46,337 nucleotides of DNA from positions 1 to 46,337 of the forward strand of contig CAZWEM010000039.1 of NCBI GenBank assembly GCA_964632315.1, in the 5' to 3' direction. The notes under the pieces are model-generated. The model worked only from the letters and a program-made list of their open reading frames with translations. It did not search any database and was not told the DNA's origin. The DNA comes from an uncultured archaeon. Lineage in GTDB: Archaea > Asgardarchaeota > Lokiarchaeia > Sigyniarchaeales > SOKP01. The translations under genes and the position numbers were made by a program. Below, in pieces: positions 10,094 through 18,960 of this stretch. Numbering within the stretch: position 1 is the stretch's first letter; each line of letters begins with the position of its first letter.

Positions 10094-10155
10094 TTTTTAT
10101 CACTCTTTTCTTTTTAAAAAATAAAAAAATTGTTTTAATTTTTATTATGTTTATT

Positions 10156-10584
10156 TTATAATGATACTATTTGTCCACCATCGCTCATTTCTAAGAATGA
10201 GGCGGCACCAACAGGTTCTTCAACAAAGTCATATAAGTCTTCTTTCTTAATTCCCATTAAGTCCATGGTCATTTGACATGGGTAAAGTTTCATGTTACCG
10301 CTCTCTACGGCTTCTTTAATCATGCCCCATGGATCCTCGATTCCAAACTTGGCCATCCTTTTCAGAAAGATCTTTGCACCCATGCCTTTCATTGGAAACG
10401 GCATCCCTGCTACTTTTGGCTTAAACTTTTTAGTTAGCAAATTTAGACCCCAGAATGTAAAAAAGAAGTTCATTTTAATATCCATTGCATCCCCTGTGGT
10501 TCCAAGGATCATCATCATTCCGAATTTCTCGAATGACTTGTCCTTTACAATAAAATTTACTGTTTCTACCATATTTTCCACCAT
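10156..10584 (-). CDS. DsrE2/DrsE-like sulfurtransferase
   Basis: FFTFWGL, YPCQMTMDLMG, VGAASFL. Confidence 0.9.
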   Translation of the reverse strand: MVENMVETVNFIVKDKSFEKFGMMMILGTTGDAMDIKMNFFFTFWGLNLLTKKFKPKVAGMPFPMKGMGAKIFLKRMAKFGIEDPWGMIKEAVESGNMKLYPCQMTMDLMGIKKEDLYDFVEEPVGAASFLEMSDGGQIVSL

Positions 10585-10669
10585 TTTTTATTATTTTTTT
10601 TATTTTATTCAATTTTTTAGCTTTTAGCTAAGCATAATTTTGTAAAAAAATTTTAATTTTAATCTTGGA

Positions 10670-11017
10670 TTATATCCAAGAGATTATTTTTTTAGAATTT
10701 TCTAATGCATCAACAAGCTCACTATATTCAGTGGGCTTCACTTTCTCGTGTAAATCTTCTAATGAAATGCCTCGTGCTTTCAAGTCTGGAGTTAGCGCAA
10801 ATACAGAAATATCTAGATTTAATAGTTCTTGATTTGCTAAGGGAATTTTTCCCTTCTTGTTATATCCAATCACGCCATCATGAATCAATGCCACTCCTAC
10901 TTTATCACTTTTCCTCACTTGAGTAGTAATTAGCGGTAACAACCTTTTCATTTGATTCCCTACCACTTCACTAAATCCAAAAAGATACAAGATGTCTAAT
11001 TCTTCCACTTTTCTCAT
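10670..11017 (-). CDS. DsrH/TusB-like protein
   Basis: LIHDGV, DLKARGI, EYSELVD..IISW. Start is ATG 11017 or GTG 11008, after AAGGAG. Confidence 0.8.
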   Translation of the reverse strand: MRKVEELDILYLFGFSEVVGNQMKRLLPLITTQVRKSDKVGVALIHDGVIGYNKKGKIPLANQELLNLDISVFALTPDLKARGISLEDLHEKVKPTEYSELVDALENSKKIISWI

Positions 11018-11022
11018 CTCCT

Positions 11023-11400
11023 TTAAAATCGAAAGCAAGTATCTGCTTGATCGATAAATTCAACAATTTCATCCATAGATACAACCTTTAAATTCTCATA
11101 TTCGATTAAATCGTCTCTTGTTAATCCCGCTACTTCCAAAGCAGTATCTAAAACGTATAAATCCAAGTCCGATAAGTCTGCCATTTCAATGACTTCATCA
11201 ACCGGATCTACCCCGACCGCAGTAGGTTCAGCATTTTTATTCAATAAATACACGGAATCCCCAGTAAACACCACTTTACATTCAATAAACTCTCCAAGTG
11301 CAACAAAACCAGAACCAATGCGGATCGCTTCTGCCGCTGAATTTTTTCCAACAGGGGATTGCTCGGTAACAATTACAACAGATTCTACCATTTCTTTCAC
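11023..11400 (-). CDS. DsrF/TusC-like protein
   Basis: QSPVG...AEAIR, VVFTGDSVY, GLTRDDLI; lies between the dsrE-like and dsrH-like genes. Confidence 0.8.
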   Translation of the reverse strand: MKEMVESVVIVTEQSPVGKNSAAEAIRIGSGFVALGEFIECKVVFTGDSVYLLNKNAEPTAVGVDPVDEVIEMADLSDLDLYVLDTALEVAGLTRDDLIEYENLKVVSMDEIVEFIDQADTCFRF

Positions 11401-11771
11401 GCTCCTGAACCAAATACGATTATTTTATCAGATTCTACCGACCAATTTGAAAAGTCACCTAATCCTTCTTCTGTGGCACATTCAATGAAATCATCTTCCT
11501 TTAATCCAGTTAAACTCACCCATGTGCTACAACCTGAAACAGGAACATCATTTTGAGAAGCGAAATCATGTATTTTCTTCGGAACATCCCTAATTGATGA
11601 GCCGCAACTAATATCCTTCTTTAGATTGTATACACCGGAACCAAAGAAGAAAAATCCCTTGATCTGATGCCCTTTAGCAATTAAAGCTTTTGAAAGCTCG
11701 ATTAGGGAATCAGTCGCCTGAAACTTGTAAGGCTCAGTGCTAATAAAGAACGAATACGTAGTCATCGACAA
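11397..11771 (-). CDS. DsrE/TusD-like sulfurtransferase
   Basis: TEPY, GHQIKGFFFFGSGVYN, candidate catalytic Cys in VSGCSTW, GLGDF...SDKIIVF. Confidence 0.85.
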   Translation of the reverse strand: MSMTTYSFFISTEPYKFQATDSLIELSKALIAKGHQIKGFFFFGSGVYNLKKDISCGSSIRDVPKKIHDFASQNDVPVSGCSTWVSLTGLKEDDFIECATEEGLGDFSNWSVESDKIIVFGSGA

Positions 11772-11790
11772 ATTCCTCCTTCTTTATTGC

Positions 11791-12015
11791 TTAATTCTTC
11801 TTGATTAAGAAAGTGACTTTTGCATCCTCTTCGTTAGTATTAACTAACTCGTCGCCAGTTTTGCTTAAAAGAGCAGGCACATCTTTCAAAGCCCCCTTAT
11901 CATCAACGATAAGCTCTAAGGTTTGACCAGAAGCCATTTTTTTCAGCTCTTTCTTGGTTAAAAGCACTGGCATTGGGCATTTCTTACCCATCGCATCAAG
12001 TGTGATATCAGCCAT
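11791..12015 (-). CDS. tusA: TusA-family sulfur carrier (first gene of Hdr cluster 1)
   Basis: TLDAMGKKCPMPVL, GQTLELIVDD..A..DVP. Confidence 0.93.
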   Translation of the reverse strand: MADITLDAMGKKCPMPVLLTKKELKKMASGQTLELIVDDKGALKDVPALLSKTGDELVNTNEEDAKVTFLIKKN

Positions 12016-12092
12016 TTTTTATAACCTATTTAGCGTTTTTTTTCATATTATTTTTTATTTTTAGGTATCATATTTACAAAATGATACTATTA

Positions 12093-12235
12093 TAGAGAAA
12101 AAATCACCCAGAGTATTTAAAGTATAGTTTTAAAAATTATAATAAGTGAATATAATAGTGAAAAAATATTCTTGAATTGTAAAGTGTAGTGAAAAAATTC
12201 TTTTTCTGCAAAAAGAATAGTGAAAAATATAAATA
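12093..12235. promoter_or_regulatory. Divergent promoter region with phased TAGTGAAAAA boxes (putative Lrp operator)
   Basis: TAGTGAAAAA at 12156, 12187 and 12218 (31-bp period); variant TAGAGAAAAA at 12093 and TAGT at 12125. Minus-strand TATA (TTTAAATA) at 12114-12121; plus-strand TATAAATA at 12228-12235. Confidence 0.65.
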
Positions 12236-12284
12236 ATAATTGAATTATTGATCGTAATTAATAAAAACATGTGGGAAAAAAGAC

Positions 12285-12761
12285 ATGACTGTTTATAACC
12301 AGAAACATATTGAATTAGATCAAGAAGATCGAAAAATTTTAGATTTATTACAAAATAATGCTAAAATCACGATTAAAGAGATTTCGGACAGGGTGGGTAA
12401 AAGTCCTACAGCAGTTAGGAGTCGCCTTCAAAAATTAGAGAAATCGTTGATCAAGAAATACGTTGCGTTAATTGACTGTCGACAATTAGGATATCGGGAG
12501 ATGGTCATGGCATCACTAAGAGTCAATTCGGCACAACCCATTGAGCAAATAAAGATAAAAATTGAAGAGATGGAGGAAATCAAGTATGCTTATATCATCA
12601 CGGGAGAATATCCTTTATTCATCATGGCAAAATGCCAAGACCATCAAGATTCGATGGAACTAATTCAAAAATTAAGAGATCTCCCAGGTGTAGAGGAAGT
12701 AAAGACTCAAATCGTTTTAGATCGTATTAAGGAAGATACTACTATCATAATTCCTGAATAA
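12285..12761 (+). CDS. Lrp/AsnC-family regulator, divergent from Hdr cluster 1
   Basis: LDQEDRKILDLLQNNAK HTH, TAVRSRLQKL, YIITGEY, LPGVEEVKTQIVL. Confidence 0.95.
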   Translation: MTVYNQKHIELDQEDRKILDLLQNNAKITIKEISDRVGKSPTAVRSRLQKLEKSLIKKYVALIDCRQLGYREMVMASLRVNSAQPIEQIKIKIEEMEEIKYAYIITGEYPLFIMAKCQDHQDSMELIQKLRDLPGVEEVKTQIVLDRIKEDTTIIIPE

Positions 12762-13019
12762 ATAATAGTCAATTATTCAAGCCTGACGAACTTGAGGCTG
12801 GGAGAAAGCTTAGAGAATTACGGTTTTAAAATAATCACAATTAAAAATTCAATGCGTAAACATATGATTAGTACTGCCATAGACTATGATTTATCAATCT
12901 ACGATGCTTCCTATCTCGGTTTAAGCATAGGTTTAGATAAACTGTTCTGTACCGCTGATGAGAAAATAATGAGAAAACTACCTTCAACACTGAAAAAGAA
13001 ATTAAAAATTCTGAAATAA
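12762..13019 (+). pseudogene. 5'-truncated VapC/PIN-domain toxin remnant
   Basis: Only the C-terminal half is present (AIDYDLSIYDASYLGL...CTADEK). No N-terminal PIN Asp motif and no antitoxin; it abuts the lrp stop codon. Confidence 0.65.
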
Positions 13020-13163
13020 ATAAAAGAGATCTTCTCATAAAAGGGATATTTAGCAATTTTGGAGTTTTTACATGCTTTCTATATCAAACATTTTAAATCA
13101 TTATAAAGAATTTTATATACCTGGTTTGTTGAAGTATTACAAATAATTTAGGAGAACGATCTT

Positions 13164-13718
13164 ATGGCAAGAAAAGCAGGTGTAATCGTAATTGGAATTA
13201 TAAGTATCATTGCTCTTGGTTTAAGCGCATACATGTTTATTTCATCTCAATTACTAAAGCAACCAGAACAAAAGGTAGTTGGAGTTTGGGATAAACTTGA
13301 GAGAAATACTGATTATGCTCCTTATAATACTCTTACCAATTGGCTTGTTGAAATAAGCGAGGATAAATACATTGATCAAGATTATTTCACACTCTCTAAT
13401 ACGGCTACGAGATTAACTTTAATAGAGGCAGGGCTATATAGAGTTCAAATGACATTTCTATTGGAAGGCATTACTAATCTTGAACAATACTGGGTTGAAT
13501 TACTTAAAAACGGAACACATGTATTTTATTTAGATTATCATTCAGGAACTTCTAGCTCACTTTTCCATGAGGTTCATGCTGAAGGATATGTATTAAGTGA
13601 TGGGAATGATTATATTGAAATCAGGGCTTATACTTCTAGTATTAATGAGTTCTATATTTATAACCCTTTACCTAGTCTTAATTTCAATCAGTTTTCCTTA
13701 GAGTATATTCCAAGTTAA
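13164..13718 (+). CDS. N-terminally anchored protein with a probable C1q/TNF-like beta-sandwich
   Basis: N-terminal TM; AGLYRV, LLKNG, GNDYIEI, NQFSL pattern. Confidence 0.5.
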   Translation: MARKAGVIVIGIISIIALGLSAYMFISSQLLKQPEQKVVGVWDKLERNTDYAPYNTLTNWLVEISEDKYIDQDYFTLSNTATRLTLIEAGLYRVQMTFLLEGITNLEQYWVELLKNGTHVFYLDYHSGTSSSLFHEVHAEGYVLSDGNDYIEIRAYTSSINEFYIYNPLPSLNFNQFSLEYIPS

Positions 13719-14031
13719 TTATAGATCTTTTTTTTATAAACTTTTGAATGAATTCTAGATATATTAGTGATCTAGATCCTGAAAATAACTAAATTGAGAT
13801 AACTAATTTAGGGAATTATTATGGAATTAAAAAAATATAAAGAAATGATTCATTATTCATCCGAAAAAAAATTCATTTATAGGCAAGGAGAATCAGTCTT
13901 GAACAAGTGTACTAAATTTGTATTCAAATATCTCATTTGTTGAAAGATCATACTTCAAACTTATGCCAATGGGCTTTTTAATAGTAAATTTACATGATGT
14001 TATTAATTCTACAAAATTATGAGTGATAAAA

Positions 14032-14364
14032 ATGAGTTTTGAAGAAGATTTTGATGATGAATTTGAACCCGTAAAATCAAAGACTCCCGCTTCCAAGACG
14101 CCTTCATCAGGTAAGAAGTCAACATTATATTTCATGTCAACCATTGGACCAGGAGAAAAGAAGGAAAAATTAACAGTAAACGATGCAAATCGAGTTGAAG
14201 ATGTCAAAAGGACCCTCGGGAATTTGTTTGGACTTGATCCTAACGAGTTCCATCTAAGTTCTGGTGGAGTTACCATGGATGAAGCCAATCAATTAAGGGA
14301 TTATGACTTAAATGATGGAGACGATATTTTACTCATTCCTTCGAGTACGGCGGGTATATTCTAG
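14032..14364 (+). CDS. Ubiquitin-like (beta-grasp) protein with an acidic N-tail, ending in AG-IF
   Basis: KLTVND..RVEDVK..L, HLSSGG..MDE...LRDYDLNDGDDILLIP. Start ATG 14032 after GAGTGAT; T-rich tract downstream. Confidence 0.75.
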   Translation: MSFEEDFDDEFEPVKSKTPASKTPSSGKKSTLYFMSTIGPGEKKEKLTVNDANRVEDVKRTLGNLFGLDPNEFHLSSGGVTMDEANQLRDYDLNDGDDILLIPSSTAGIF

Positions 14365-14468
14365 AAGAATTATTTAACAAATCTTATTTTTTTTATATTT
14401 TATTCATGAATTTCCTTTATTGATCAAATATAGTAATTATTATTAGGAAAAAATGCACAAAATTCAAT

Positions 14469-15242
14469 ATGTCCTTTAGAATTGTAGATATTAATGATAA
14501 AAATTTGGATCAATTTGGGTTATTTTGTAAGAAATCACAAAAGAAAGAAGAGGGATACAAAAGCAAAGTAACTTGGATTAAGGAACAATTCAAGAAGAGC
14601 TTAAAATATAAGCTACTTTTAGTAAATGAAAAAGGCAAGCAAACATCGCGAGGTTTTATTGAATATACTCCAAGTAAGATGAGCTGGCGTGGAATTGAAG
14701 CAGAGAATTGGTTGACCATCCACTGCCTTTGGGTTATAGGGAAACATAAAAATAAAGGGTATGGTTCAGAATTGTTAAAATTAAGTATAAGCGATGCTAA
14801 AGAACAAGGTATGAATAGTGTTGTTGGAATGGCGGCTAAAAAAGGAGGCTGGCTACCGAATGCTAAGATATATATTAAGAATGGATTCAAAAAAGTAGAT
14901 GAATGTGAAACAGATATCGAATTATATGCTCTATCATTTTCAAACAATACTAGCATACCGCGATTTTCTAAAACTTCGGAAAAAAAAACAAGGGAATACT
15001 CGGAAGGGGTAAATATTTTTTACACCAATCAATGCCCTTATTTACATGATTTGATCAATGATATTGAAAAAATAGCAAGGGAAAAAAATAAAAAATTCCA
15101 AAAATATCGTTTAAAAAATCCAATTGAAGCTCGTGAACTATCACTACATCCATATGGGACATTAAGTATCATTTGTGAGGGTAAAGTCATCCCTTATAAA
15201 CCTAGAATAAAAAAAGAAATCATGGAAACTCTTAGTGATTGA
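14469..15242 (+). CDS. GNAT acetyltransferase, YoaP-like
   Basis: GFIEYTP, IHCLWV, KGYGSELL, YTNQCPY. Confidence 0.8.
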   Translation: MSFRIVDINDKNLDQFGLFCKKSQKKEEGYKSKVTWIKEQFKKSLKYKLLLVNEKGKQTSRGFIEYTPSKMSWRGIEAENWLTIHCLWVIGKHKNKGYGSELLKLSISDAKEQGMNSVVGMAAKKGGWLPNAKIYIKNGFKKVDECETDIELYALSFSNNTSIPRFSKTSEKKTREYSEGVNIFYTNQCPYLHDLINDIEKIAREKNKKFQKYRLKNPIEARELSLHPYGTLSIICEGKVIPYKPRIKKEIMETLSD

Positions 15243-15302
15243 TGGAATCCAAGAGATCATATATTCGGTTTCCTAAGAAATCAAAAATTGAATGACGAAT
15301 TT

Positions 15303-15800
15303 TTATGATTCAATAACCTTAAGTTTCTTAATAGTAGAATTGGTTAAAACAAGATCTTCATTTTTCATCCTGTATAGATTTTTAATATTTGAACTATTTA
15401 ATTGAGTCCTTTCACATCCTTCGATATGTAACTCGTTAAACTTAATCCAATGAAGATTAATATCTTCTGATTTTATAATGTAGCTAACTTTTTTCACTTC
15501 TAAATTATTCAGATTAATTTTTTGGCATTTTTGTATTTCCAGAAATCTTAATTCTGAATTTTTTATTGAAATATTATGGCAATTATAGAAAGAAAGTTTG
15601 TAGAGTTTCTGGTCTGTAAAACTAATATATGCGTTAGAATCTGAAACCTCAATACTAAAGAGGGATTCGCTTAAGTATGTTGGTTTAATTACAAAAGGGG
15701 CTTTTATTGTACCATCTCCAAATATTTCATATTCCAGCGTTGTATCAAACCCAATAAAGAGTCTTGAGGGTGAATATTCATTTTCAATCTTGATTTTCAT
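15303..15800 (-). CDS. Hypothetical beta-solenoid protein
   Basis: GDGTIKAPFVI motif followed by repeated L.F.NC.NI.I.NS-like units. Confidence 0.55.
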   Translation of the reverse strand: MKIKIENEYSPSRLFIGFDTTLEYEIFGDGTIKAPFVIKPTYLSESLFSIEVSDSNAYISFTDQKLYKLSFYNCHNISIKNSELRFLEIQKCQKINLNNLEVKKVSYIIKSEDINLHWIKFNELHIEGCERTQLNSSNIKNLYRMKNEDLVLTNSTIKKLKVIES

Positions 15801-16058
15801 ATGGTTTCGCTTGGGTTTATTTCTAAATATTTAGTAAATTTAACCGGAAATCAAAATATAAAGGTTAGGATTTATAATCATTAATAAGTACTGTTAATAT
15901 GAATTTTTTACTCAAAAAAACTTTTAACTAATAAAATTGAAGTTTTTTTCGAATACTGGATTTCTTAATACCAATTGGCATATACTTGGTTTATCCAATA
16001 TTTTTTATTCATTCAATCATAAGAATTTTTAAAAAGTTCTCAACTTTTCTTCATTTTT

Positions 16059-16874
16059 CTAAGGCTTTTTAGCATAGATCATGAAAACGCCCCCAAATGC
16101 AAATCGACCTTCCATATCCAGTTTAAAGGTAAATTTCTTTTCTTCTAATAAGTTCTTGATATTGTCTAAGAGGCTTTCACCACCTTTGATATGTGTATGA
16201 ATTTCCATTGATATTTGTCTAATCTTATCCCAATCTTCTTCGTTGATCCCTTGTAAAACTTCCCATTCATAATTTTCTGCATCAACTTTTAAAAGATCAA
16301 TCTGTTTGATTTCATTCTCAGTAATAATATCCGATAAGGGACGTAGTGTGCAATCTAGCATTTCTGATTTGTACATGCGCCTCAATCCCGCTTTCACTAC
16401 GTATTTTCTTAAAAATTTTGGAACATGTTTTGCCCTAGGCATCATCTCGACTATGCTTTCATTGTAGTTTTTTACAAATTGACTAACTTTTAGATCAAAG
16501 TCAAAGGGAACTATTGCTGAATCAGCACTTACTCTTGGATAGTAATGAATTTTCGTTGTTTCCCTATGATCAGATAAGCCAATCTCATAAGTTTTAATTT
16601 TTGCAGATAGATTTTTCAGATTTGCTTTTAATACTTCAAATATAGTTGGTACGGGTTCAAAAGCAAAGATCGTTAAATCTCGTGCTTTTTGCGCCATGTA
16701 AAGAGAAAAAAGTCCTATGTTTGCCCCTACATCAAATATAACATCATTATCTTTAACATCAATTCCATATTGTAAATATTCATTTTCTACGAAAATCTCT
16801 TCATATATATCGAGGGCAGATAATTTATCAATATAATATAGTTCTTCTCCGTTTGGTAATGTCAAAGCTTTCAT
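16059..16874 (-). CDS. FkbM-family methyltransferase
   Basis: IFDVGANIGLF, AFEP, IDLLKVDAE. Confidence 0.9.
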   Translation of the reverse strand: MKALTLPNGEELYYIDKLSALDIYEEIFVENEYLQYGIDVKDNDVIFDVGANIGLFSLYMAQKARDLTIFAFEPVPTIFEVLKANLKNLSAKIKTYEIGLSDHRETTKIHYYPRVSADSAIVPFDFDLKVSQFVKNYNESIVEMMPRAKHVPKFLRKYVVKAGLRRMYKSEMLDCTLRPLSDIITENEIKQIDLLKVDAENYEWEVLQGINEEDWDKIRQISMEIHTHIKGGESLLDNIKNLLEEKKFTFKLDMEGRFAFGGVFMIYAKKP

Positions 16875-17001
16875 AATTTTCTCAAATTTTTTTTAAATTA
16901 ATCTAATTGATTAATTTATAGTCAATTATAAATCATATTGAATTTTAAGGAAAAAGGTGGTGTAATAAAACTTTTGAATATCAAAGTAAAAATGAACCAA
17001 G

Positions 17002-17637
17002 CTAAAGATTCAAAGGTTCCCACTCTTTTAACAACTCTTTCTTTTTTATGACTCTGAACAAATAAAGAGATATGATAAAAAATATTAAATCCTCAACTAT
17101 CCAGATCACGTCAGAAACCATGAAGATAACATGATAATGCCAATTAAAAATTGAAATGGTACCTAAATCTGCTAAAGGAATCCACAAGAAATCTAAATTT
17201 CTTAAGTATGCCCAAGGATAAAATAATTCAATAGCACGGTGAGATGGCAAGTCAAGTAATAGATGAGTTAATCCTCCAATTATGCTTGAGTATATAATAA
17301 TTGATATAACCCTTCGATCATATTTCTTATTAGCGAGTAGAGACCAATTATCCATGCCGAAATATCTCATTACTCTGGGGATAACTCCATTCTTTTGGGC
17401 TATTTTTGATATAAAAGATGCCAGATAGTTTGAAAAAATGAAATATAAGACAAGTGTTATCGGTAGTGTCCAAATTACTTGTCCTAATAAACTATGTGAT
17501 ATTTTTCTTAAATCGGTAAATATTAGCGTGAGATCAGGTACTATAGCACCAATACAAACCGCCGGACCGTCTATCCATTTTGGAAATTTCATCTTTAAAT
17601 AAAGAGCTGGTGCTTGATGAGAGATTGAATTTGGCAT
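17002..17637 (-). CDS. DUF4184 / metal-dependent membrane hydrolase-like protein
   Basis: MPNSISH, IGAIVPD, SHSLLG, THLLLD. Confidence 0.7.
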   Translation of the reverse strand: MPNSISHQAPALYLKMKFPKWIDGPAVCIGAIVPDLTLIFTDLRKISHSLLGQVIWTLPITLVLYFIFSNYLASFISKIAQKNGVIPRVMRYFGMDNWSLLANKKYDRRVISIIIYSSIIGGLTHLLLDLPSHRAIELFYPWAYLRNLDFLWIPLADLGTISIFNWHYHVIFMVSDVIWIVEDLIFFIISLYLFRVIKKKELLKEWEPLNL

Positions 17638-17674
17638 TCTTGAGAATATGGAAAGCTTTATAGTTATTTATATT

Positions 17675-18478
17675 TTATTTAGCTACTTTCCTTAAATCAT
17701 AAAGTTTTGACAATTCAATGATGCAATCTTCAACTAAACTAACTCTCATATTCCATTCTGAGGAACTTTGAAATATTTCGAGCCATCTCTCATAACCCTT
17801 TTTTATAATCGTTTCTTGATAGCGATCTGGTGTTTCCCAATCCAATCCCTCAACTTCGATGTATTGTTTACTATCAGCATAATTCCATAATAAAACTGAA
17901 AATGCTGCATAAAACCCCATATTTGTGTAGTATTTTTTGCTCAATATTAAATCAGCAAGTTGAACTGTAAATGAAAAACAAACTGAAATAAAGTCCTTAG
18001 TCTCATTAAATCCCAATAGTTGAGATGCTAGGAAGTTAACTATTCGTTCTGTATTTTTTTGAGTCAATGGATGAGAAGAAAATGCTTTTGGAGTTCTTCC
18101 AAAATGAGTTAATTCTGATGAATTTACTTTTTCAATTGATTCTAAAAATTCATTTGGATAGTTGGTTATCCAATGAATCAAGCGATCAAAATCAATGTAG
18201 AATATTCTTTGTGAATCAGCAAATTCTATATATTCTAAACCTGTCTGGATCGCATCCCTATAAGCACTAATTCGTTCAGAATCTTCCGGAATAGAAACTA
18301 TAAATCCACTTTCTTTTAGAAATGCTATTACTTCAACATTAGTAGTTTTGGTACAACTAATTATTATTGGTCCTAAGTTTTCTTTTAGAAAGGGTATTAC
18401 AGATAATATAGACCGTTTTAATCTAAATTCTGGTTCGTGAAGTGTAGAGCATATTATTACAGAATTTTTTTTTTCCAT
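17675..18478 (-). CDS. Conserved hypothetical protein, possibly glycosyltransferase-like fold
   Basis: YIDFDRLIHW (DxD), GRT..AFSSHP..Q..TE, GLDWETPD. Confidence 0.5.
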   Translation of the reverse strand: MEKKNSVIICSTLHEPEFRLKRSILSVIPFLKENLGPIIISCTKTTNVEVIAFLKESGFIVSIPEDSERISAYRDAIQTGLEYIEFADSQRIFYIDFDRLIHWITNYPNEFLESIEKVNSSELTHFGRTPKAFSSHPLTQKNTERIVNFLASQLLGFNETKDFISVCFSFTVQLADLILSKKYYTNMGFYAAFSVLLWNYADSKQYIEVEGLDWETPDRYQETIIKKGYERWLEIFQSSSEWNMRVSLVEDCIIELSKLYDLRKVAK

Positions 18479-18532
18479 ATAATGTAGAATATGAAATTGT
18501 CTTTAAAGATTAAAGAATTAGGAAAAGTGAGT

Positions 18533-18946
18533 TCACAAAGATACTATTTGCCCACCTTCAGACATCTCCAGAAAAGTGGCTGCTCCAACGGGTTCTTCAG
18601 TCCAATCAATCAAATCTTCACGCTTTACACCCATCAAACTCATTGTCATTTGACAGGGATATAATTTAACGTTACCGTTTTCGACTGCTTCTTTGATTAA
18701 TCCAAAAGGGTCCTCAATTCCAAACTTAGCCATTCTCTTTCGAAACATTTTCGCTCCTAAACCTTTCATTGGCCACGGCATTCCAGCTACTTTTGGCTTG
18801 AAATTCTTCTTTAAAAGATACAAACCCCAAAATGTAAAAAAGAAATTCATCTTTATATCCAATGCATCCCCAGTGCTCCCAAGGATCACCATCATTGCGA
18901 ATTTTTCAAATGACCTGTCCTTTACTATAAAATTTACACTATTCAT
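18533..18946 (-). CDS. DsrE2/DrsE-like sulfurtransferase, close paralog of 10156-10584
   Basis: Largely identical sequence, including FFTFWGL and YPCQMTM. Confidence 0.9.
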   Translation of the reverse strand: MNSVNFIVKDRSFEKFAMMVILGSTGDALDIKMNFFFTFWGLYLLKKNFKPKVAGMPWPMKGLGAKMFRKRMAKFGIEDPFGLIKEAVENGNVKLYPCQMTMSLMGVKREDLIDWTEEPVGAATFLEMSEGGQIVSL

Positions 18947-18960
18947 TTCATAATCACTTC

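Noticed and set aside
6577-10584. Calling cluster 1 a standard sulfur-oxidiser sHdr system
   Set aside because: Single hdrC/hdrB, long methanogen-type HdrA with MvhD, and no hyp, lbpA or lipoylation genes.
10670-12015. tRNA 2-thiolation (TusABCDE-MnmA) as the role of these genes
   Set aside because: No tusE or mnmA in the window, and the genes lead into hdrCBA. Not excluded genome-wide.
12156-12227. CRISPR-like repeat array
   Set aside because: Repeats are 10 bp with 21-bp gaps and there are no cas genes; an operator fits better.
14032-14075. LIR/AIM-like motif DDEFEPV in the Ubl N-tail
   Set aside because: The consensus is too short and degenerate to support a claim.
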